DNA of 40,231 nucleotides. It comes from a virus. The stretch is taken from IMG/VR virus record IMGVR_UViG_3300017694_000010, positions 1 through 40,231 of that record; one strand, given 5' to 3'. A program made the position numbers and the translations under genes. Below the pieces are notes generated by a model. The model was not told the origin of the DNA. It saw nothing but the letters and a program-made list of their open reading frames with translations, and made no database searches. This document shows, in pieces, positions 31,459 through 39,259 of the stretch. Position 1 is the first letter of the stretch, and each line of letters begins with the position of its first letter.

Positions 31459-32743
31459 TCTAGGCTACAGGGCCAGGGGGCAGTTCAACGCCTTCCACCG
31501 CCGCACACAGCGCTGGGCCTGCCTCGTAGCCCATCGGCGTGCCGGCAAGACAGTGGCCTGCATCGCGGACCTCGTGGACCATGCGCTGCGATGCCCTAAG
31601 CCGAGCCCACGCTTCGCCTACGTCGCACCCTACTTCGTACAGGCTAAGGACGTGGCGTGGTCCTACCTGAAGCGGTTCACGGCCCCGATCCCTGGCGTGC
31701 AGTTCAACGAGGCTGAGCTTCGGGTGGACCTGCCAGGCGACCGGCGGATCAGGCTCTACGGCGCCGACAACTACGACCGAATGCGCGGCGTGTACCTCGA
31801 TGGGGTGATCCTCGACGAGTACGCCGACATGCCGCCGGCAGCCTGGGGCGAGGTGATCCGCCCGGCGCTGTCCGACCGACAGGGCTGGGGCGTCTTCATC
31901 GGCACCCCCAAGGGCCGCAACACCTTCTGGGAGGTGTGGGACAGGGCGCAGAACGACCCGCAGTGGTTCAGCGTCATGCTCCGGGCCTCTGAGACGGGGC
32001 TACTGCCGCCGTCCGAGCTGGAGGCCATCAGGGCCGAACTGACCGGCGAGCAGTACGAACAGGAAATGGAATGCAGCTTCGACGCTGCGATCCTCGGCGC
32101 CTACTACGGCAAGGAGATCGCGGAGGCCGAGCGCGCTGGCCGCATTACGGCGGTGCCGGTCGATCCCATCCTGCCCGTGCATACGGTCTGGGATCTGGGC
32201 ATCAGTGACAGCACGGCGATCTGGTTCTTCCAGGTGGCGCGTGGTGGCCCGCAGGTGATCGATCACTACGAGGCCAGCGGATATGGCCTGCCGCACTACG
32301 CGGCCGTCCTGAAGGACAAGGGCTACACCTACGGCATCGACTACCTGCCGCACGACGCCCAGGCCCGCGAGCTAGGGACTGGCCGCACGCTGCAGGAGAC
32401 GCTTCGGCAACTGACGGGCCGACACCCGCGCATCCTGCCGGCGGCCAACATCATGGACGGCATCAACGCCGGCCGCCTGACCATGGGGCAGGCCTGGTTC
32501 GACGCCGAGAAGTGCCGCGAGGGGTTGGAGGCGCTCCGGCAGTACCGGGCCGACTACGACCCCAAGGCGAAGACATTCCGCGACCGCCCGAAGCACGACT
32601 GGACGAGCCATAGCGCCGATGCGTGGCGCTACCTGTCCATGGCCTGGCGGGCGATGAGCGTCACTCAGACTAAGCCAAAGCCGGTGGATAGCTGGCGCAA
32701 GTCCAGTTCGGACGATCCTGTCGCTGGTTGGCGTGTGGCCTAA
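31433..32743 (+). CDS. terL: Terminase large subunit
   Basis: Walker A AHRRAGKT, Walker B GVILDEYADM. Nuclease motifs VWDLGISDSTAIWFFQ and SHSADAWRY. Confidence 0.85.
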   Translation: MTTTRKQIDLGYRARGQFNAFHRRTQRWACLVAHRRAGKTVACIADLVDHALRCPKPSPRFAYVAPYFVQAKDVAWSYLKRFTAPIPGVQFNEAELRVDLPGDRRIRLYGADNYDRMRGVYLDGVILDEYADMPPAAWGEVIRPALSDRQGWGVFIGTPKGRNTFWEVWDRAQNDPQWFSVMLRASETGLLPPSELEAIRAELTGEQYEQEMECSFDAAILGAYYGKEIAEAERAGRITAVPVDPILPVHTVWDLGISDSTAIWFFQVARGGPQVIDHYEASGYGLPHYAAVLKDKGYTYGIDYLPHDAQARELGTGRTLQETLRQLTGRHPRILPAANIMDGINAGRLTMGQAWFDAEKCREGLEALRQYRADYDPKAKTFRDRPKHDWTSHSADAWRYLSMAWRAMSVTQTKPKPVDSWRKSSSDDPVAGWRVA

Positions 32744-32775
32744 GTCATTAATTCGATGGGAAAAGGGAGCGCAAA

Positions 32776-34827
32776 TTGCCGTCAGCACTGAGCGACTTCC
32801 TGGCCCGCGAGATGATAGGCCCGCCGGACGATGCCGCCTCCATGGGGCGTCCGGTCAATGCGCCTTACCCCGGTGAGCCCGACCCTGCCGCGCCTGACGT
32901 GGTGCTGGCTGAGGAAGCCGTAGAGCCCGATCCGAACGCCTATCCAGGCGATCTGGACCGGTTGCACAAGCGGCTGGTGCGGCGCTTTGAGGAAGCCGAG
33001 CAGGTGTCGTCCGGTGCCCGTGCGCTGGCCGAGCGGGATCGCGACTACACCGACAACTACGACGACGGGCAGTGGACCCCGGCCGAGAAGAAGGCTCTGC
33101 GCGAGCGCGGCCAGCCTGTCACCACGACCAACTACGTGCGCCGCAAGGTCGAGCTGCTGTCCGGTCTGGAGCGCAAGTCCCGCACCGACCCCAAGGCCTA
33201 CCCGCGCACCCCGAACGAGGACAAGCGCGCCGACGTAGCCACCCAGGCGCTGCGGTTCATCTCGGACCAGACGAACATCCCGGTGGCCCGCTCGGCCGTC
33301 TACAAGAACATGATGGTCGAGGGCTTCGGCGGCGCCGAGATCGGCCTGGAGGACGACGGCAAGGGCGGCGCGGACATCACCGTCACCCATATCGAGTGGG
33401 ACCGGCTGTGGTTCGACCCGCACAGCCGCTCGGCCGACTTTTCCGATGCCCGCTACCTCGGCGTGGTCCTGTGGATGGACATGGACCAGCTTGAGGACAT
33501 GTACCCCAACGCCGAGGACGTGGTGGGCGACACCTTCGCCTTCGACGGCGGGACGTATGAAGACAAGCCGGGCGTCGTTTCCTGGCAGGACAACCAGCGC
33601 CGCCGGGCCCGTGTGGTTCAGCCGCACTGGATCGAGCGTGGCGTCTGGTGGACCGCGACCATCACCAAGGCCGGATTCCTGGCCGAGCCACAGCAGAGCC
33701 CGTTCAAAGATGCCCGCGGTCGCTCGGCCTGTCCGCTGATCTTGCAGTCCGCCTACGTCGACCGCGAGAACAACCGCTTCGGCATGGTGCGCGACCTGAT
33801 CTCCCAGCAGGACAACATCAACAAGCGCGAGAGCAAGAGCCTTCACTTGCTGGCGGTCAACCAGATCGTGGCTCAGGCCGGCGCTGTGGATGACGTCGAG
33901 AAGGCGCGTCGCGAGGCAGCCCGCCCTGACGGCTATCTCGAGATCAACGGCGACTTGAGGTTTGAGGTCAGCCGCGGCGGCGACATCGCCATGGCTCACT
34001 TCCAGCTCCTGCAGCATTCCATCGCTGAAATGCAGGCCAGCGGCCCCAACGCATCCATGGCCGGCAATGACCCTCGCCAGCTATCCGGTCGGGCCATCCT
34101 CGCCCAGCAGGCCGGCGGTGCAGCGCAGAACGAGCCCTTGGCGGACAACCTGCGCGAGTGGACCCGCCGTGTGTACGAGATGTGCTGGATGGCCGTCCGC
34201 GAGTTCTGGACCGGCCAGCGCTGGGTCCGCGTGACCGACGACATGGGCGCGCTGCAGTTCGTGGGCCTCAACCGCCCCGTGACCGTGCAGGACCGCCTCG
34301 TGGCGATGCCGGAGGATCAGCGCGCCGCGGCAATGCAGCAGATGGGCCTGACGCCGGACGACCCGCGGCTGCAGCAGGTGCTGGAGATCGAGAACGACGT
34401 GTCCGACCTTGAGGTGGATATCACCATCGAGGAAGGCGCGGACATCCCGGCTCAGCAGGCCGAGGAGTTCCAGGCCATCACGCAGCTGGTCGGCTCGGTG
34501 CCGGCCCTGGCGACGCCGCCGGTTCTGGAGGCCCTGATTGCCAACAGCAGCCTCAAGAGCAAGAGCAAGCTCCTGGAGGCCATGAAGGGCATGCAGGAGG
34601 CTCAGGCGCAGCAGGCGCAGGAGCAGGCGCCGATGGCTCAGGCGCATGCCGAGGCCGATATCCGGGGCAAGAACGCTAAGGCCGCCGCTGATGAGGCTCT
34701 GGCAGCCGAGCGGACCCATGGCGCGGTGCAGAAGATTGCGACCGTCGAGAAGATGGTGTCGGAGAGCCCGGTGATGCCCGTGGGCGGGCCGGGGCTGCCG
34801 CCGAAGCAGCCGGACGGCGCAGCTTAG
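32776..34827 (+). CDS. Portal protein
   Basis: AAGGGAG lies 6 nt upstream of TTG 32776. 683 aa directly after terL. Acidic C-terminal coiled-coil region. Confidence 0.75.
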   Translation: MPSALSDFLAREMIGPPDDAASMGRPVNAPYPGEPDPAAPDVVLAEEAVEPDPNAYPGDLDRLHKRLVRRFEEAEQVSSGARALAERDRDYTDNYDDGQWTPAEKKALRERGQPVTTTNYVRRKVELLSGLERKSRTDPKAYPRTPNEDKRADVATQALRFISDQTNIPVARSAVYKNMMVEGFGGAEIGLEDDGKGGADITVTHIEWDRLWFDPHSRSADFSDARYLGVVLWMDMDQLEDMYPNAEDVVGDTFAFDGGTYEDKPGVVSWQDNQRRRARVVQPHWIERGVWWTATITKAGFLAEPQQSPFKDARGRSACPLILQSAYVDRENNRFGMVRDLISQQDNINKRESKSLHLLAVNQIVAQAGAVDDVEKARREAARPDGYLEINGDLRFEVSRGGDIAMAHFQLLQHSIAEMQASGPNASMAGNDPRQLSGRAILAQQAGGAAQNEPLADNLREWTRRVYEMCWMAVREFWTGQRWVRVTDDMGALQFVGLNRPVTVQDRLVAMPEDQRAAAMQQMGLTPDDPRLQQVLEIENDVSDLEVDITIEEGADIPAQQAEEFQAITQLVGSVPALATPPVLEALIANSSLKSKSKLLEAMKGMQEAQAQQAQEQAPMAQAHAEADIRGKNAKAAADEALAAERTHGAVQKIATVEKMVSESPVMPVGGPGLPPKQPDGAA

Positions 34828-35207
34828 GAGCCGTCACGCCAAACGTTGGTGACCAGTTCTTCAACCGTATAGGACTGCGCTGTTTTGTTAGCATTCCCAT
34901 CCCTACGGCGTAGATCCTTGATGCCGGAAGGGCCGACCTTAACAGTGAGCGCGGCGCCTCGATCATCGCTGGTGATGATCGAAAAGCGGACGTCTCTCGG
35001 CAACTGATGCTGCAACTTGGCGAATAGCCAGTCTAGCGGGATGGGGTTGTTGTCCGCGTTGATCTGCCACCCCGATGCGTATCCAGCGACTACGTGGCCA
35101 TCACATAGCGTGGTCGTCTCCTGGCAGACCTCGGCAAGGTAGCTCGCGACCAAAGCGGCTTCGCGCTCAGTCATCAGTTCGCTGATGATGGTGTGGCGGT
35201 TGCCCAT
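34824..35207 (-). CDS. Reverse-oriented moron between portal and scaffold genes, function unknown
   Basis: 127 aa. AGGAG lies 6 nt upstream of ATG 35207. Has its own promoter. Visibly lower G+C. Its stop overlaps the portal stop (cTTAg at 34824-34827). Confidence 0.6.
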   Translation of the reverse strand: MGNRHTIISELMTEREAALVASYLAEVCQETTTLCDGHVVAGYASGWQINADNNPIPLDWLFAKLQHQLPRDVRFSIITSDDRGAALTVKVGPSGIKDLRRRDGNANKTAQSYTVEELVTNVWRDGS

Positions 35208-35230
35208 GCTGCGCTCCTAATAATGCGCTG

Positions 35231-35260
35231 ATTATACGCCAGAAATTGCGGCTGAGCCAA
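35231..35260 (-). promoter_or_regulatory. Near-consensus sigma-70-type promoter of the moron: -35 TTGGCT, 18-nt spacer, -10 TATAAT
   Basis: The minus strand reads TTGGCT-CAGCCGCAATTTCTGGCG-TATAAT, followed 23 nt later by ATG 35207. Confidence 0.6.
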
Positions 35261-35339
35261 ACGCAAAGCCGCCATAGGTGACGCCGACCTCAACGGGCGA
35301 TGGCCGCCGCCGGGCCACACCGGGCGCTTCGGAGACAAT

Positions 35340-36104
35340 ATGAGCGACAACATGAGCCGCTTCTTGGGTGATGAGCCCGAGGACGAAGGCGCCCCCGCGC
35401 CGGCTGCGGTCGAACAGCCGCAGCGCGACTTCGAGCCCGTGGCTGACCCGGAACCCGAGCCGGAAGCGCCTGCCGAACCGGATCCAGCCCCCGCTGAGCC
35501 GGTCGAAGCGCCTGCCCCCACAGGTGGTCGCATGGTGCCGCTGTCGGCGCTGGAAGCCGAGCGGTCCAAGCGGCAGGAGTTCGAGCGCCGCCTGGCGGAA
35601 TTCGAGAAGCAACAGGCCGCACCTCGCCAACAGGCAGCGCCAGCCGCACAGCCGCCGCAGATACCGGACGAGATTGCCGGCGCCATCAATTCGAAGCTGG
35701 ACACGTCCGAACTCCTGGCCCGTGACAAGCTGGGCGACGAGGTCGTCGACGAGGCGGTGGAGTTGTTCAAGGCATCCGCTGCCGAGAACCCGGCCCTGTG
35801 GCACACGCTCTACGGCCAGCGTCATCCCTATCAATGGCTGGTGACGCAGGCCAAGCAAGTGAAGCTGGCGCGGGAGATCGGTGACGATCCCGGCGCCTAC
35901 GAAGCCCGTCTGCGGGCTAAGTGGGAAGCGGAGCAGGCCGAGAAGGCCGCAGCCGTACCCGACACCCTTTCCGCCCTGCCGCTGCCGCGCACCAGCCCGG
36001 CCGCAGGGCTGCAACCCTCTCTGGCACGCGCCCGGTCTGTGGCTGGCCGCGTGACGGTGGACGAGAGCGACCAGCCGCTTGGGGACATCCTGCGCGGTCG
36101 CTGA
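35340..36104 (+). CDS. Scaffolding protein
   Basis: Lies between portal and MCP. Acidic Pro/Glu/Ala-rich N-terminus and coiled-coil middle (LEAERSKRQEFERRLAEFEKQQ). 254 aa. Confidence 0.6.
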   Translation: MSDNMSRFLGDEPEDEGAPAPAAVEQPQRDFEPVADPEPEPEAPAEPDPAPAEPVEAPAPTGGRMVPLSALEAERSKRQEFERRLAEFEKQQAAPRQQAAPAAQPPQIPDEIAGAINSKLDTSELLARDKLGDEVVDEAVELFKASAAENPALWHTLYGQRHPYQWLVTQAKQVKLAREIGDDPGAYEARLRAKWEAEQAEKAAAVPDTLSALPLPRTSPAAGLQPSLARARSVAGRVTVDESDQPLGDILRGR

Positions 36105-36257
36105 ACGTGCCTGACGTGCCTTACCCGTCGCCGGGGTCAACGGGCGCTTCGTGGATGCCCCAGCGTGAATGGGGCTTAGGCCGCCGCCGAGCCGTGATCG
36201 GGCGCTTCGCAAGTAATCGCAAAGCAATCCCTTAATCACAGCTAGGAGTTTCGTGTC

Positions 36258-37379
36258 TTGGCAGACATGAATATTACCCCGGCACGCGCCGGCCTTACCC
36301 CGAAGTCCTGGTCCAAGAAGTTCTTCTCCGAGTATGTGCGCGCGAACCCCTTCGCGATGTACATGGGCGAGGACACCTCGGACATGATCCAGGTCCGCGA
36401 GGACCTAATGGCGAAGGAAGGCGACACCGTCGTGTTCCCCGCCGTCCGTCGCCTCGTCGGCGCTGGCGTCACGGGCAACCAGATCCTGGAAGGCAACGAG
36501 GAACTCCTCAATGCCCGCTCGATGGAACTGAAGATCACCTACTTCCGGCACGCCGTCGCGGTGTCGAAGTGGGATGAACAGAAGTCCATCGTGGACCTGC
36601 TGCAGGCTGCGAAGCCGGCGCTGTCCACCTGGGCGCTGGAGAAGATGCGCGCCGATATCATCCAGGCGCTGGGCAACATCACGGCCAACGGCAACGTGTC
36701 GGTGCCCTATGCCGCGGCCACCGCCTCGCAGCGCAACGCCTGGCTGGTGAACAACTCCGACCGCATCCTGGTCGGCGGCTCCAAGAGCAACACCAGCTCC
36801 GGCGTCATGTCCACGGCGCTGGCGACCATCACCGCGTCCAACAAGGTGACGGGCGCCACGCTGTCCCTGGCCAAGCGCCTCGCCAAGACCGCCAACCCGC
36901 GCCTGCGTCCGATCACGGTGAAGAACCGCGGCACCGGCACGGCGGAGGAGTGGTTCGTCGTCTTCCTGAACTCGCTGCAGTTCCGTGACTTCCGCAACGA
37001 TCAGCCGGTCCTGGCCGCGCAGACCAATGCCATGGACCGCGGCAAGGACAACCCGATCTTCGTCGGCGGCGACCTGCTGTGGGATCAGATGATTGTCCGC
37101 GAGGTGCCGGAGCTCGGCGTCATCACGGGCGCTGGTGCCGGCGGCATCGACGTGGCGGCTGGCTACATGTGCGGCGCGCAGGCGCTGGGCGTGGCCTGGG
37201 CGCAGCGCTCCACCCCCATCCAGAACGTCCGCGACTACGGCGCGATGAAGGGCGTGGGCGTCGAGGAGATGCGCGGCATCGACAAGCTGCGCTTCGGCCG
37301 TGACCCGACCAACGACACGGACACCCCCATCGATCAGGGCGTCTTCACCCTGTTCAACGCGTCTGTGGCAGACGCCTAA
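36258..37379 (+). CDS. Major capsid protein, N4-gp56 / DUF4043 family
   Basis: KSWSKKFFSEYVRANPFAMYMGEDTSDMIQVREDLMAKEGDTVVFPAVRRLVGAGVTGNQILEGNEELL...RHAVAVS matches the family N-terminal signature. Start is TTG 36258 or ATG 36267. Confidence 0.8.
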   Translation: MADMNITPARAGLTPKSWSKKFFSEYVRANPFAMYMGEDTSDMIQVREDLMAKEGDTVVFPAVRRLVGAGVTGNQILEGNEELLNARSMELKITYFRHAVAVSKWDEQKSIVDLLQAAKPALSTWALEKMRADIIQALGNITANGNVSVPYAAATASQRNAWLVNNSDRILVGGSKSNTSSGVMSTALATITASNKVTGATLSLAKRLAKTANPRLRPITVKNRGTGTAEEWFVVFLNSLQFRDFRNDQPVLAAQTNAMDRGKDNPIFVGGDLLWDQMIVREVPELGVITGAGAGGIDVAAGYMCGAQALGVAWAQRSTPIQNVRDYGAMKGVGVEEMRGIDKLRFGRDPTNDTDTPIDQGVFTLFNASVADA

Positions 37380-37391
37380 GGAGCTGATTCC

Positions 37392-37739
37392 ATGGCGAAA
37401 GAGCCTGAAGTGAAGCTGGAAGGCGAGCGCTTCCCCAGCCGTGGCGCGCAAGTTCGTCTCACTGGCGAGGCCCAGATGGCCGCGCGCGGTGGGATGGGCG
37501 GCGACATCATCGAGAACACCCTCGCCAAGAAGGCGCTGGAAGCGGACGGGACCGTTGCCGATGGCAGCACCCCGGACGGCTCCACGCTGACGGGCAAGCC
37601 GGCGCCGGACGTGGTCGTGACCACCGAGGGCGAGCCGGGCGGTGAGGTGCCGGCGGAGGAGGGCACCACGCGAGTGAAGGCCCAGCCACTCCCCGACCCT
37701 GAAGACACGCCGAAGCCTGTTCCCCGAGCCAAGAAGTAA
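37392..37739 (+). CDS. Small virion-module protein carrying the shared N-terminal module (decoration or fibre-anchor candidate)
   Basis: AAGGAG RBS. Residues 17-68 align without gaps to residues 7-58 of ORF 9360 (29/52 identical by hand count). Confidence 0.55.
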   Translation: MAKEPEVKLEGERFPSRGAQVRLTGEAQMAARGGMGGDIIENTLAKKALEADGTVADGSTPDGSTLTGKPAPDVVVTTEGEPGGEVPAEEGTTRVKAQPLPDPEDTPKPVPRAKK

Positions 37740-37744
37740 CGCCC

Positions 37745-38689
37745 ATGCCCGTCACCGTGGAGGAACTTGGCCAGCGCGTGCTGCGCCGGCTGGGTCTGGC
37801 GCTGGTGGCGGGCAGCGAGCGCGCTGATACCGGCTCTGCTGTGTCGCTTTACGAGGTGGCACGGCAGGCGCTTCGTGTGGTGGGGGTCAACCCGGCCCCC
37901 CCATACGCCAATTCTGGGACTGTCGGCCCGCTGCTGATGGCGACCCGTGTCCTGCGCCGGATTGGCGTGGTTGACGCGAACGAGGCGCCCGAAACGGCCG
38001 ACACCAACCTCGTGGGCGACAAGGTCCGCGACGCCAACCAGATTCTCCTGGCCTTGGGCATCGGCAACTGGTCGGTGGACTTCATCCCCGAGTACGTGGC
38101 CGAGCCGTTGGAGATCATGGTGGCCTCGCTGGCCGCCTCATCCTACGGCAAGCAGGGCAACCCTGACGCCTATGCCCAGGCGCTGAACGACATTCGGGCG
38201 ATGGCCCTGAGTGGCACGCGCGGGCAGGAAATCGCCGAGCAGAAGGCCCGCCAGGCGTTCGGCATGGTCGTAGCTGCTGGCGTGGCCGACTGGGGCGCCG
38301 ATGCGACGCCGGCCTACATGGCGCCTGCCCTGGTGCAGCTCACCGCCAACCTGCTGGCGCCGGTCTACGGCAAGCCTGCCGAGCCTGCCGACACCATCAT
38401 GCAGTCAATGCGCCAGACCCTGCTGCTGGGTCCGCGCGGCCTGCAGATCGCGGCCGAGAAGGTCCGCGCTGTGCATGCCGACCTCGTGGCCCGCCGTCGC
38501 ACTCGCTGGCTGCTGAACGACATTCCGACCGCTGCCGAGGAACCCTACGTCATGATGGCAGCGGTGCTGATGGCTCCGATTGCAAGCGTGCGTGTCGATC
38601 CGAACGACTGGGCGCTTGGCGACCGGATGATCACGAAGATCGTCGCCCTACCGTCCACGGGCGAAGTGGTTGTCGGGCAGTACTTCTGA
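37745..38689 (+). CDS. Head-tail region protein built from three approximately 73-aa internal repeats
   Basis: Repeat cores NWSVDFIPEYVAEPLEIMVASLAASSYGKQGNPD / DWGADATPAYMAPALVQLTANLLAPVYGKPAEPAD / RWLLNDIPTAAEEPYVMMAAVLMAPIASVRVDPND, with Trp at residues 109, 183 and 255. Confidence 0.5.
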   Translation: MPVTVEELGQRVLRRLGLALVAGSERADTGSAVSLYEVARQALRVVGVNPAPPYANSGTVGPLLMATRVLRRIGVVDANEAPETADTNLVGDKVRDANQILLALGIGNWSVDFIPEYVAEPLEIMVASLAASSYGKQGNPDAYAQALNDIRAMALSGTRGQEIAEQKARQAFGMVVAAGVADWGADATPAYMAPALVQLTANLLAPVYGKPAEPADTIMQSMRQTLLLGPRGLQIAAEKVRAVHADLVARRRTRWLLNDIPTAAEEPYVMMAAVLMAPIASVRVDPNDWALGDRMITKIVALPSTGEVVVGQYF

Positions 38690-39234
38690 TGGCCGGTCGC
38701 ACCATCTTCCTCACCGGCTGCCGCACCTATGGCCCCCTGGAAGCACCGCCCCAGCGCAACTTCATCGTCTCGTCCGGCGAGTACGTCCGCCTCTTCCTGA
38801 CGGTCTATGACCGCGATGGCGATCCGGCGCCCCTGAACATGGCCGGCATGGCCGCATTCTTCAGCTTCGGCGGCGAGGGGCGGGGTCGGGATGGCACCTT
38901 CCTGCCGTTCGAAAGCGGGCAGGTCTACTTCGATCTGATCGGCGGGCTGACCCGCTATGGCCGCGGCCAGATCCCTTGGCGGGTGACGCTGGGCGACGCC
39001 GATGAGGCATCCGTCATCGCCTCCGGCAGCATCAACGTCATGTCCACATCGGGACACCGCCTGACCCGCAGCGCCGCGCTGGTGACGCCGGGCGGCGACT
39101 TCCTGGATGGCGATGGGAACGTGATCGGCGTCCCCCAGCCTGGCAGCGACACGGGCGTGGGCCCGGCGACGCTGCTGTGGGGCGATGGCTCCGCGCTCGG
39201 ATGGGAAGACCTCTCGCCGGTCGACTACGAATGA
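38689..39234 (+). CDS. Head-tail adaptor candidate (P22 gp4 position and size)
   Basis: TGATG coupling. 181 aa. Function by position only. Confidence 0.35.
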   Translation: MAGRTIFLTGCRTYGPLEAPPQRNFIVSSGEYVRLFLTVYDRDGDPAPLNMAGMAAFFSFGGEGRGRDGTFLPFESGQVYFDLIGGLTRYGRGQIPWRVTLGDADEASVIASGSINVMSTSGHRLTRSAALVTPGGDFLDGDGNVIGVPQPGSDTGVGPATLLWGDGSALGWEDLSPVDYE

Positions 39235-39259
39235 ACAACAGACACGGAGCCCGGCCCTC

